Shown here: positions 1 to 12,534 of the stretch, piece by piece
Layout: each line of letters begins with the position of its first letter
How positions within the stretch are numbered: position 1 is the first letter of the stretch
Notes under the pieces: generated by a model
The model's database searches: none
Told to the model about the DNA's origin: nothing
The model's input: the letters and a program-made list of their open reading frames with translations, nothing else
DNA from: Tubulanus polymorphus
Taxonomy: Eukaryota; Animalia; Nemertea
NCBI RefSeq assembly: GCF_964204645.1
Contig: NC_134034.1
Coordinates: 6,484,914 to 6,548,913 of the forward strand
Reading direction: 5' to 3'
DNA length: 64,000 nt
Translations under genes and position numbers: made by a program

Positions 1-3000
1 CAGTAATAAATGTTCAAAATGAAGATAATAAATGTTTTCTATGGTCAATTATTAGTTTTTTTACACCCAACTCAGGAAAATGTTTGTAGAATAACAGATT
101 ACCGGAAATATGAAACAATATATAAAATTGATCAATATCGAGTAACTATAAAAATGATTCCTAAAATAGAAGAAGTTAATAATTTAAAAATAAATGTATT
201 TGAATTAATGCAATTACCAAAGACAAAGGGTGAGAATATTAAAGGTTATACATTAGAAGCTTTATATTTAACAGAATATTATGATGATGAAAATGCTGAG
301 GATTTGTTATATTACAAAAAAGATGAAAATGAACATTATATGTGGTTAAAACAAAATGATTTATTCTTTAGAACAGAAAGTGATCATCATCGTACAATTT
401 ATCTATGTAGAAAATGTTTATCTAAATTTATGACTGAGAATACATTATTAAAACATAAAGAATTATGTGATAATAAAGATTTTTGTAAATTAATAATACC
501 AACAAAAAAAGATTGTAAGTTGAAATTTACTATTCATAAATTTAAAAATATTGTTCCATTTGTAATTTATGGGGTTTTGAATCGTTGAATAAAGAATTAA
601 CTGATCAAGATAGAAAAGAAATATACAATAAAAAGCAATTTTTAAAATCAATGGATAAAGGAAATGAACTAAATGAAGATATAATTCAAGACCTACCAAT
701 TATAAACACAATTAAAAAAGTTCATCAAAGAGCTACTGCTTATGGAATTTACATAAAATCAAATTATCCCGAATTATATGAAAGTCAATATATTTCTTTT
801 AGAGGTGAAAATGTAGTTAATGATTTTTATAATAACATAATTGAATTAGAAAGTGATTTTGCAAAATTATTAAACAAAAATAAAAAAATAGTTATGACAA
901 AAGAAGATAGAATTGATTTTAATTATGCAACTCATTGTTGTTATTGTGAAAAACGTTTTTATTCATTTGATAAAAAGTTAGAGATCATGATCATTTAAAT
1001 TCAAAATTACGCGGAGCTGATCATGAAGATCGTAATTTATAAGCTAAGAAAGTTAATTTCGTACCAATATTATTTCATGAGTTATCAGGCTATGGTACCC
1101 ATCTATTTATAAAACAATTATCGGGAAAATTAGGCGCAATTAATCAAGAAATAGAAGAATACAATGCTATGAATGGCGCAAATGTAAGAAAATATGACTT
1201 TTAAACTATTAGCTAAGACATCTGAAAATTATATTTCATTTCAATTTGGTTGCATTAGATTTTTAGATTCTTATAGATTTCTAGCAAGTTCGTTAGATAA
1301 TTTAGCAAAAAGTTTAGTTGATAATGATTTTATAATAACTCGACATTATTATCCAAATGAACAAGATTTAAAATTATTGAGATATAAAGGCGCAATCCCT
1401 TATTCATTTTATAAAACACATGATGATTTTTATGTAACAGAATTATCAAAAGAACAGTTTTATGATCAATTTAAAGAGGAGTATGTGAAAGATGAAGTGT
1501 TTAATATAACATTAAATATTTGAAAAATTTAGAGAAGTTAATTTGAATCATTTTTATGTTGATCCTAGCTATTGTTATTCAAGTCCTGGTTTAACCTGGC
1601 AATGTGGTTTAAAATATACAAATGTAGAATTACATTTATTAAAAGAACCAGACATGGTTTTATTATTTGAAAAATCAATTAGAGGTGGAATTAGTGGTGT
1701 TATGGGAGATAGACATTTTAAAGCAAATGATGAATATAAATTATTATATATTGGCGCCAATAATATATATGGTTGGGCAATGATGCAACCTCAACCATAC
1801 AAAAACTTTATATTAACAGAAGTTGAAAATGATGATAAAACTAATTGGGAAAGTGCAATGATGGGTTTAGAAGATGAAGCACCAATTGGTTATTTCTTTG
1901 TAGTTGATTTAGAATATCCTGATTACATAAAGTTTAAAACAAGAAACTTACCTTATTGCCCAGAACATTTAACCGTAGATGATAGTTATTTAAGTGAATA
2001 CCAGAAAAAAATAAAACCGAAAGATCATGGTTTTACAGAAAAATTAATACTTACTCAAAATAATAAATACAATTATATTGTTCATTATAGAATGTTAAAA
2101 TTTTATCTAAAACAAGGAATGAAATTAAAGAAAGTACATAGATATATTGAATTTAATCAATCGAAGTGGTTAGAAAAATATATAGATTTCAATACTCAAC
2201 AGAGAACCATATCAAAAACAGATTTTGAAAAAGATTTCTTCAAATTAATGAATAATAGTTTTTATGGAAAAACATGTGAAAATATTAGAAATAGAAATGA
2301 TATTGAATTAGTAAATAATTCTGAAAGATTAAGACATTTACAATCAAGCCCTAGACATTTAGGAAATAAAAGATTTGAAGATTATTTAACAGCAGTTAAA
2401 TTAAAAAGAACTTCAATGAAATTTAATAAACCAATATTTATAGGTTCAATTGTTTTAGAAATATCAAAATTATTAATGTATGATTTTTATTATAATTTTT
2501 TACAACCACTTTTTGGGGAAAAGCATATTGAAATATTATATTTTGATTCTGTAACAGCTGACACCCCAATATTATTAAAATGTAATGATAAAATATTGAT
2601 AAGAAGAATTTCAGAAATAATTCCAAAGCAAAATGAACGTTATATTTCATATGGTGAAAAAGAATTAATACTAAATAAATGGATTGATGGATGTATGGAC
2701 AAGAAATGGATGGAAAAAATTAAAGAATATAATTAGGCATAAAACAAATAAGAAAATCGATAGAGTTAGAACTAAATTAGGGTTTGTAGATGTTACAGAA
2801 GATTAAACGAAATGGTGATGAAATAAAACCAACTGATATAAAAATTGGAGATGAATTATTACATAAAAGATTTTTCCAAAGAATGAATCATATGTCATTT
2901 GATGAAATAATTGATAATATTTATAATATAGAACCCGAAACATTAGAAGAAAAAGAATATTTTATCAAAGGATTTTTCATGGGAGATGGTTCAGCAGGTG

Positions 3001-4057
3001 TGTATAATTATGTTTGGGGTTATAAATATTGTTGGTATTTATGCAATCAAGATTTGAAATTATTAGAAAGAATAAAGAAATACTGTGAAGAAGTTTACCC
3101 AAATAAAACATTTAAAATCATAGATTTTATGAAATCATCAGCAGTTTATAGAATACATGTAAATAATACTAAAGATTTTACTATTAAATATAATGATGAA
3201 TTCTATATTCATGCAATAGTGAAAGTAATACTTCAACTAAAGAAAAGATAGTTCCAGATTATGTATTAAATGCAAAAGATAATTTAAGAAAATGATTCTT
3301 CATTGGATTCTATGCTGCAGATGTCTCAAAAAACTATACAAAACAGAAAACATATCTTTGACACAAAAAGGAAAAGTTGCTATATCAGGATTGAATATAT
3401 TATGCAATTCATTAGGTTTTAATATGAATATTGGATTGATTAAATCTAAACCAAATTGCTTTAATTTAAGCCACACAGAAAAAGATTTAACTGAAGAAGT
3501 TAGAGATTTATTTGAAATATATAACCCAACAGATTATGTTTATGATTTATCAACTGAAGATGGAACATTTAACTGTGGATTTCCATTAATAGCGGTCAAT
3601 ACGGACGCGTACATACTAAGAATCAAGACAAATGACATAACAAAGGACTTAAAAACATTAAAACATCATTTTAATTTTAGCAATTATCCCAAAGATCATG
3701 AACTATTTACCAATGATAATAAAAAGATTCCTGGTAAGTTTAAAGGTGAATTAGGGAGTGATGAAATGATTGAATTTGTTGGGATAAGAAGTAAAATGTA
3801 TAGTTATAGAACAAAAGATCATGAAGCTAAAAAGTTAAAAGGAATAACAAAGCATGTGGTTGATAAATATATAGAATTTCAAGATTATATAAAGTGTTTA
3901 TATAACTCAATTGTAATGAAACATAAAATGAATTGTTTAAGATCAGAAGATCACGAGATGTACATTAATGAAGTTGAAAAAAACTAGTTTAAATCCATTC
4001 GACGATAAGAGATATATTTTGGGTGATGGAATAAAAACATTACCTTATGGTTATTAA
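1..4057 (+). pseudogene. polB: Protein-primed family B DNA polymerase (type 1), intein-containing, frameshifted
   Basis: Fragments 10..588, 585..998, 1194..1523, 1543..2736, 3292..3987 are collinear with copy B polB; motifs SIRGG, (D>G)ANNIYG, KLMNNSFYGK, YFD|TD, RSKMY, KLKGI. Confidence 0.93.
2548..3600 (+). mobile_element. Intein with LAGLIDADG homing endonuclease in PolB motif C (degenerate)
   Basis: 1053-bp insert between YFD and TDAY, absent from copy B. Block A SVTADTPILL, block B RVRTKLGFVDVTED, LAGLIDADG motifs FIKGFFMGDGS and FFIGFYAAD, blocks F/G YVYDLSTEDGTFNCGFPLIAVN followed by Thr+1. Confidence 0.93.
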
Positions 4058-5229
4058 AACATAAAATCAAGATCATCATACTCGAAATCACTACTGGTTT
4101 CTTCATTTTTTTTAAATTGTTTAGGTTCTTCCATTTCATTTTTCTCATTTAAATAAAGTTCTACATTGTACCACATTTCATCTCGCTCTCTTTGTTTCTT
4201 TTTGTTTGTTAATTCATCAAATGGAATTATAATATCGATGTTTAAAAAATTTACAATCTTATTTAAAAAGAATTCATAATTAATTGACTCTGTAATTCTA
4301 TTATCCACATAATATCTTAATATTTCTTTGAATGTTTCTTTTATATTTTCCATATCTTCTTCTGTTTAGGTTTTTTATAATAATCGTTAAATGATAGATA
4401 TAAATACATTTTCTTTTCTTGTGTGTTAAATGTTGACGGAATAATTGTTTTTATAATATCTTTTTTAGTTATTTCACCATTTTTATTTTCTATCCTTTTC
4501 ATTTTTTCAAGCCATTGCTTATATTCTGGTGTATAATCTTCCATAGAAAATATTTTAAAAATTTCATCTAGATATTTTGATTTTGGTTCTATGAGAATAT
4601 CTCTAGTTTTTTCATCACCCCATAAATTTCTTTGCCATCCACATTCATTACAAAATATCACAGAATTTTCTTGTCTTAAGTACTCATAAACACATTGTGG
4701 GCATTTTTTTCTATCATATCTTGGTAATAGATCTTCATTAAGCTCTTGGTATTTTCTTACGTTTTCTTTATGTTTTATTGTTCTATTATGTAGATTTAAA
4801 TTACTTGTTGTAATAATCAATTTACAATATTTACAATAATATGTTTTTCTTACTAATTCATTATATTGTTTTTCTAAATTTTCAACTGTTTCTACATTAT
4901 CTGGTAACGTTTTCTCATATTTCATTTTTTCAGAAATAATCTTTTATATTATTCTTATCATAGAATAAGAAAGGTCTTTTCCAAATAATTTCAGATTCAA
5001 CTTCAACAGAATTACTATTACTTTCATTAATATCAACATTAACCTTTGAATCATTAATTCTACACTTCTCTGAATGTTTTTTAACATAATTTCTTGAGAA
5101 TAATTCATTACAATTTGGGCAGTTTGTTTTAGTGGGTTTATAATTTTTATCATGTTTTTTCATATGTCGAGCCAAATTACTTTTTCTTAGAAGTTCACCA
5201 CAAATTTCACATGGTATCTTCTCATCCAT
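4054..5229 (-). pseudogene. Zinc-finger / VLTF3 (poxvirus A2L)-like transcription factor, copy A (frameshift and internal deletion)
   Basis: ORFs 4930..5229, 4341..4925, 4054..4353: C2H2 fingers, CxxC..CxxC ribbon, INYEFFLNKI and RDEMW motifs. Confidence 0.75.
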
Positions 5230-5297
5230 GTATTTAGGAAAAATTTTATTAAAATTAATTTTGAGTGATGAGAGGTAATTTTTTTATGTTATAAATA

Positions 5298-5870
5298 ATG
5301 GTTGAATTAAAAGAATATAGAATATTTGTTGATTCTAGAAAACTTAAAAATTATAAATCACATAATTTACTAGTACAATTAGATAGAGAATTTAAGAATT
5401 GTGTAGATTTAAAATTAGTAAATGTAAGTTTATGTAATTCTTTTAATATATCGAATAAAAGTCTTGATCATTTAGCTTTTAAAATTCATGTTAGAAATTT
5501 GAATAAATGGTTTCATCTTTATCTAAAACCAGGATTATATAATTTAGAAACATTAGCGCAGGAAATTAATAGAAGAGCTCGTTTAAAAATGGGTGCAGCT
5601 GCTAGATTTGAAATTAAATTTGTTAAAAGTGATAGTTCGAATAAAGTAAGAATAAAGTTAACTAATGAACAACATAGATTTCTAGTAAGAAAACCTTTAG
5701 CTAAACTGTTTGGAATTCTTCCAGATAGAGATTATTCAAGTATTGAAACTTATACAAATTTAATTACTTTTACACACTTTTATATTTATTGCAATTTATT
5801 TGATCCTACAAAAACATTTGAAGCAACTAAAGATACGATTTGTAATTCTAGTATATTAAAAAAACAATAG
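5298..5870 (+). pseudogene. Minor capsid protein (penton), 3' end deleted
   Basis: IFVDSR, LVNVSLCNSF, PGLYN, FYIYCNL; homologous to the intact 25763..26515; fused by deletion to the next gene near 5858. Confidence 0.72.
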
Positions 5871-6078
5871 ATAAGGAAACTTTAAATGTAGAAAAGATTA
5901 CCAATTTAATTAGAGAATCTTTAAGATTTTATGAATTAGATGAATATTTTATCATTGATGATATTAAAAGAATAATAACTGAAATATATGAAAATGAAAC
6001 TAATAATACTATAAATGTTGAAATAATCATAAATAAGATAACTGAATATTTTGAAGATAAAAATTTTTTTCTAAATAA

Positions 6079-6299
6079 ATGGCGGATCAGAAGTGGATAA
6101 TAACTGGATTATATAATGGTGCCTTACTATCAGTTGGAACTGTTGGTTATTCAATGGTATTAAAAAAGTATTTAAAATGGGAAGTGTTAATGTTGATAGA
6201 TTTGATATAAATGATATTTTAAAATTAACGTTAGCAGTTACTTTATCTAATCTAACTATTGATTATTTGGAAAAACAAAAATATATTCCTCCTATATAA
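6079..6299 (+). pseudogene. Small hydrophobic Polinton protein (73-aa family), frameshifted
   Basis: Homologous to 26889..27110. Confidence 0.7.
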
Positions 6300-6323
6300 A
6301 TGCATAATTTTTTTGCTAAATAA

Positions 6324-6746
6324 ATGGCATCTGCAATTATAACTATAATAGGATCGGCAATTGTTAACGCTTTAGCATTTACTGGTGGTGGTTATTTATT
6401 TAAGCATATTGATAAAAATGGATCATTATCAGAACAAAAAAGACATAACTTAGCATTAGAGAAATACAATAAAGCAGCAGAAGAATATAGAGAAAAAAGA
6501 CAAAATTACATGGATTATATCAATAAGGAATTATATGATCAGAAGATTTCACATAGAGATTTTCAATCAGTTGATGATGCAATGATTTTATATAACGCAG
6601 TAACAAATAAAGAAAAATTACATCTATACAAACCTAAATTATCAGATTATTATACCCCAAGTAAAGAAAAACAGAAATATGAAATAATATGGATTTTAGG
6701 TGGAACTGTTATTGTTATATTTGTAGCATATAAATTTACTAATTAG
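6324..6746 (+). CDS. 140-aa Polinton protein with N-terminal hydrophobic helix and C-terminal TM
   Basis: Intact; near-identical copies at 27139 and 38457; TAAATG start. Confidence 0.8.
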   Translation: MASAIITIIGSAIVNALAFTGGGYLFKHIDKNGSLSEQKRHNLALEKYNKAAEEYREKRQNYMDYINKELYDQKISHRDFQSVDDAMILYNAVTNKEKLHLYKPKLSDYYTPSKEKQKYEIIWILGGTVIVIFVAYKFTN

Positions 6747-7015
6747 TAATTTCTTTTGTAAATAAATGGATGATAAAGTTGATAATATTGATATTATTCC
6801 TCATGATATAAATAAAACTAAATTAAAAACATATTTAGAAAAACAAATATTAGAATTTGAAAGTGACTTTAAGATAAAAAAGAAAAAATATTTAAAAAGT
6901 AAAATTATCTATTATTTTCACGATAGGTAAAACACAATATCCGTGTTGACGCGATGAGGAGAGAATCCCACAATGATAATAAAAAGTCCGAAAATGAAAC
7001 TTTGAGATAGTAGTT

Positions 7016-7060
7016 TATTCAACGTTTCGACTATATCCTAATAGTCATCTTCAGGAATAA
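7016..7060 (-). ncRNA. Minimal type I hammerhead ribozyme in Penelope pLTR (minus arm)
   Basis: Reverse complement of 10776-10821. Confidence 0.72.
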
Positions 7061-7648
7061 TGAGATACTACAGAAATTATGAGATATATATACAATCCAG
7101 AGACAAAGAGACTAATTCAAGTAATCAGAGATGATACAAACTAAAGGAAAATTAACGTAGAAACAGTTACACGCTAAAATAGATTAAAGGGAAGCAAACT
7201 AAGGGGTGATTATAAACAACAATAGTGAGTATAAATATAAATGAATCTTAAAGTCAGTAGTAAAAAGAAAGACAAACTAAGGGGCACTTAAATTAAAACA
7301 AAGGTGAATACAAGTTAAGTCAGAGACGAAATTGATGAGAGAACAAATAACAAATAATCAAAGGGGAAATCAAGTGTTGAGTTTAACCAGTTTACAGAGG
7401 AAGTTTATTATGGGGTGAAAAACCATTATTAAGGTTTACAACGTTGTTCGAATTTTCAATAATTAATGCAGATTCCAAAATATGTCTTCTAGTTTTATCG
7501 CTGCAAGGGTAAACTAATTCAGCATTAGCAAAACCAAAATTGTGTGAAGTCTGAAAAACATGACTAGCAACTCCGCTTTCAGGTTTAAAGTTTTTTACAT
7601 CTAATTTATGCTCTTTTATGCGTTGATTAAGATTCCGACCTGTTTCTC

Positions 7649-9406
7649 CTATATATACTTTGTCGCAAACTTTACAAGGTATTTTATTTTATAAATTCCA
7701 CAGTTTAGGGATTCGGTTTTCGGTTTGTTGTTAATCAATATGTTACTAAGTTTATTATTGTATTTAAAGATGAGTTGTTTATTTAGTGACCGAAGAGAAA
7801 CTTTAGAATTCTCGAGGAAAGGTACATACGGTACAATGATAGGCTGTTTATCGGTAGCCAACGTAGGAGTTCTAAGGTTGTTATTTCTAAAATGCGTAGT
7901 ACGAGCTTTAAGTAGGGCTTTTTTCAATAGGAAATCGGGGTAGGCAAGTTTTTTGAGAGATTGGTTAATATGGTGAATTTCATCGGGTAGAAATGAGGGG
8001 TCGCAAATTCTCAAAGCGCGAAGAAATAATCCTTGAGCTAAACCGAGTTTAATATCCGGAGAAGTAAAAGAGAAGTAATGGAGGTAGGATTCAGCGTTGG
8101 TAGGTTTCCTATAAACCGCGAATTTCAAAAAGGATCCACAGTTAAAAATCAAAACATCCAGAAAAGGTATTTTACTATTAGATTCCCATTCATACGTAAA
8201 AGCCAGAGACGGGTAAAGGGAGTTTAAATATATAAGAAAGTTATCAACATTGAAGTCAAAGGGAACCAAAGCCAGAACATCGTCAACATATCTGAGCCAG
8301 ATTTTAGGGTGAATATCAGTGTAAAGAGGCAATATTTCAGATTCAACATGTTCTAGGAATAAATTAGCTAGAATAGGACTTAGAGGATTTCCCATAGCGA
8401 TACCGAATGTCTGTTCGTAAAAACAATTGTTGAATTCAAAAAAGGAGTCCGTCGTACAAATAGAGATAAGGTCGATGATACAATCCGTAGGAATGCCGAA
8501 GTTAATGTTAAGTGATGGTAATCTGCGTTTTAAGAAATCAAGAGTAGGTCCAAGACGAACATTGGTAAAAAGGGAAGTAACATCAAATGATATAAATTTG
8601 TCGTTGCCAGGGATAATATTCTTAATACGTTCAAGTAAGTGTTGATTATGGCGAAGGTGCGACGGAGAGAACGAACCGAGCACCGGAGATAACTGTTTCG
8701 CGAGAAATTTAGATAACCGGTATGTAGGAGAATTACAATTGGAGACTATAGGGCGCAGTGGAACATTATCTTTATGAATTTTAGGCAATCCATAGATATA
8801 TGGTAAAGAGGGAAGACGTGAATGGAACTTATTCAGAGTTTCTTTAGCGGAGGGGAAACGTTTAATAATATCCGAAAGACTTCTGTTGAAATTAGCTTGC
8901 ATACGAGGAAGAGGATTCGATTTAAGTTTCTTATAAACACCAGGATTATCCAAGAGAGATTGCATTTTAACATTATAATTATCCCGATCTAAAATCACAA
9001 TCTTGCCACCTTTATCAGCCTTAGATATTTTAATAGTTTTTAACTTCCGTAGTTCTTGGAGGGCGAGCCGAAATCGACGAGGTAGATATTCAAAAAGGTT
9101 CCTGTTGAGTTGATCGCATATAGCCTGTAGATTCATGAATATAAAGTTATAGTCCAAACTGTTCGGAGATGATTTGCGATATTCCAATTGGGTGACAAAG
9201 TCTAAAACATGTTTATCTTGATGAGGAAGAGAGAAATTCAAACCGTAGCCGAGAAGTTGACACTGAGTAGAAGATAACGTGGTTGAAGACAAATTTACTA
9301 TGTTTTCGGTGTTGCTAAATCTAGTCCAAGGGCTGGAATCAATGAGTTTATTCAGTTGGTTGGTAAGATCCACGGACTTTCTGTGCTGATGATTTTTTCC
9401 AGAGCC
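7649..9406 (-). pseudogene. Penelope reverse transcriptase running into a frameshifted GIY-YIG endonuclease
   Basis: KADKGG, YGLPKIHK..PLRPI, SFDVTSLFT, GIAMGNPLSP, RYVDD, IPFLDV; [20 protein letters not shown] follows a 5-bp duplication. Confidence 0.92.
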
Positions 9407-9490
9407 TTTCATTTTCGGACTTTTTATTATCATTGTGGGATTCTCTCCTCATCGCGTCAACACGGATATTGTGTTTTACCTATCGTGATC

Positions 9491-10010
9491 ATGCTACCCA
9501 CGGATCGAAATATCGTATTAAAATTCTTCTTCTTCACGTTCCCGTACCTCATCGCTAGCTTCCGAAATTATGAGAAATGCTATATCAAATCCAGGACTGC
9601 TAAAAGTAAAGTCAAGTTCCTTCAGGAGTGTTATGCCGAAAAAGTGGTTCCGCGATCACTTTCTTGGATTTGGAAATACGACTCCAGCTCTGCGTTTCCA
9701 CCCGAAGCTAACAAGCAACTCAAATTCGCTATAGATCGTGCTAAGGAAGACTGTAACTATCAGTTCTACAAATTCCGTCAATCTCAAAATTATTTGAAGT
9801 CACACGTACCGGACCTATTCCTCTGGAAATCGCTCTCCACTATTGCTCAAGGCTCTGGAAAATATCATCAGCACAGAAAGTCCGTGGATCTTACCAACCA
9901 ACTGAATAAACTCATTGATTCCAGCCCTTGGACTAGATTTAGCAACACCGAAAACATAGTAAATTTGTCTTCAACCACGTTATCTTCTACTCAGTGTCAA
10001 CTTCTCGGCT
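9491..10010 (+). pseudogene. Penelope ORF N-terminus (MLPTDRN...), joined by deletion to the GIY-YIG/3' region
   Basis: Overlaps the minus-arm sequence GSGK..QLLG, then jumps to LENSKVSL at about 10010. Confidence 0.85.
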
Positions 10011-10775
10011 CGAGAATTCTAAAGTTTCTCTTCGGTCACTAAATAAACAACTCATCTTTAAATACAATAATAAACTTAGTAACATATTGATTAACAACAA
10101 ACCGAAAACCGAATCCCTAAACTGTGGAATTTATAAAATAAAATACCTTGTAAAGTTTGCGACAAAGTATATATAGGAGAAACAGGTCGGAATCTTAATC
10201 AACGCATAAAAGAGCATAAATTAGATGTAAAAAACTTTAAACCTGAAAGCGGAGTTGCTAGTCATGTTTTTCAGACTTCACACAATTTTGATTTTGCTAA
10301 TGCTGAATTAGTTTACCCTTGCAGCGATAAAACTAGAAGACATATTTTGGAATCTGCATTAATTATTGAAAATTCGAACAACGTTGTAAACCTTAATAAT
10401 GGTTTTTCACCCCATAATAAACTTATATCAAAATTCCTCTGTAAACTGGTTAAACTCAACACTTGATTTCCCCTTTGATTATTTGTTATTTGTTCTCTCA
10501 TCAATTTCGTCTCTGACTTAACTTGTATTCACCTTTGTTTTAATTTAAGTGCCCCTTAGTTTGTCTTTCTTTTTACTACTGACTTTAAGTTTCATTTATA
10601 TTTATACTCACTATTGTTGTTTATAATCACCCCTTAGTTTGCTTCCCTTTAATCTATTTTAGCGTGTAACTGTTTCTACGTTAATTTTCCTTTAGTTTGT
10701 ATCATCTCTGATTACTTGAATTAGTCTCTTTGTCTCTGGATTGTATATATATCTCATAATTTCTGTAGTATCTCA

Positions 10776-10821
10776 TTATTCCTGAAGATGACTATTAGGA
10801 TATAGTCGAAACGTTGAATAA
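10776..10821 (+). ncRNA. Minimal type I hammerhead ribozyme in Penelope pLTR (plus arm)
   Basis: TTATTC-C-CTGAAGA-T-GACTAT(tagg at)ATAGTC-GAAAC-GTT-GAATAA: core boxes plus stems I and II. Confidence 0.75.
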
Positions 10822-11190
10822 ACTACTATCTCAAAGTTTCATTTTCGGACTTTTTATTATCATTGTGGGATTCTCTCCTTATCTATTATTTTATTATCAG
10901 TGGTTCAGTTACAATTAGTTCTGTAATAATATTTCTAGCAATATTCAGTCCATTAACACCTTTAGCTATATCAATTGGCGTGCTAGGATTATCATCAAGT
11001 GTTTTAACTGGTATAAGTTCAAAATTAAATATAAAAAGTAATAAAGAAAAAATTAAAACTAATATAAAAGAAATTAATAAATTAAAAAATACACTAGATT
11101 ATATAATAAGTTTAAATGGTAATATTACAGTTGAAGAACAAGATAAATTATTAAAAGAATTAATAAATTATTAATTTTTTAATTATATAA

Positions 11191-12512
11191 ATGGGGTTTC
11201 CAAAAGCTTTCCAATATAATAAATCAATTAAATATAATATTCCTGCAATAGATTTTTATAAAAATATTACATATAAAAATTTGGTTTTAAATTCATTAAC
11301 TAATTTAGAAATGTATGTTACTGAAACTAAAAATTTTAATGTTAAAATGGAAAATATATTTTATGTGTATACAATCAATTTTAGAAATTTAAATGAGGCA
11401 AAACAATGGTTATTAAAATCTAATATGAAGTATTGGCATAACCAATTAAATTTTGCTGTTTATTGCGCAACAACAGGGTGTGGTATAAGTTGGAATGATC
11501 ATTTAAACAAACCAAGTTTACCATTGATGTTATCACTTTTTAGATTTCATACATATTTTCAAATGAAATTAATATTAGATGAATTAGAATGTCCTTTACC
11601 AGGTTCAAAATATTTTAATGAACTAAATAATAATATTAATTTCTAAGTTTTACAAAATATGTAATGAATTTAATATTAATTCAAATAATGATTTTAGATC
11701 AAAAATTGGAACAATGGGCGGATTAGGAATATTATATACTAAAGAATTTGGAAAAATAATAACAAATTCAGATATAAGAACACTAAATTGGAATGAATTA
11801 CCAAAATATTATAACAATATACAACAACAAAACAATAATGGTTGGATTAATTTTATTTTAGAAAATAGTGAAGGTTTTACAAAATCAGGCATACAAAGAA
11901 TAAATCAATCAATTAGAACTTATTTGATATGTTTTTAGGTGCGCAAGTTGAAACAAGATCACCAATAGATGATTTGATGCGCAGAAACAATTCAAAGTAT
12001 TATTTGAAGATTCAATTCATAATGATAAAAATAGATCGATTCCAGAAAACATAGTTAGGTACCAAAATTATTTAGATAAATCTCATGTAAGATTAAATTA
12101 TTGTATAGGCCCTAATCTATTAATTATTTCTAACGATTAAGTATTAAAGATGGGAAATATAATTGGTTATAATAATTTAATTAAGACTGCAGCAATAAAT
12201 AATTCATTTGGATTGAATGATATAAATAAAAAGATAAATACTGCTCCAAAATTAATGGAAGGTGAAAACATTAAAAAACATATTCAATCAAAAGAAACTA
12301 AAACTAAGAATATTAAATTAAATGATGATTCTAAAATAAAAGATTACAATTCTACAGAAAATGGTGCCGTACGGCACCTACACGGTGATATAAAAACTGA
12401 TAATATTCAACATGACATAATTAAAACTGATAATGATGATAAATCCCATGAAAATACTAAATTAGCTATTACTTGTATAGGAATTGTAATAGGAGGAATA
12501 TTATATTTTTAA
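11191..12512 (+). pseudogene. Conserved Polinton protein with NQLNFAVYCATTGCG motif and C-terminal TM, copy A
   Basis: Fragments homologous to 28032..29421. Confidence 0.8.
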
Positions 12513-12534
12513 TTTTAATTTTTTTATTATGTAA

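Larger units (their letters stand above)
6919..10879. mobile_element. Penelope-like retroelement family 1; two divergent (inverted) arms with a 13-14 bp TSD
   Basis: TSD TATCTATTATTTT at 6906-6918 and 10880-10892; minus arm 9406 to 6919, plus arm 9407 to 10879. Confidence 0.92.
6766..11174 (+). pseudogene. 144-aa two-TM Polinton protein split by the Penelope insertion
   Basis: 6766..6918 plus 10880..11174 reconstitute a homologue of 27581..28015. Confidence 0.85.

Noticed and set aside
9356-9490. N-terminal extensions of ORFs 9356..10042 and 7649..9433
   Set aside because: They cross the inversion junction at 9406/9407; the real Penelope start is MLPTD at 9491
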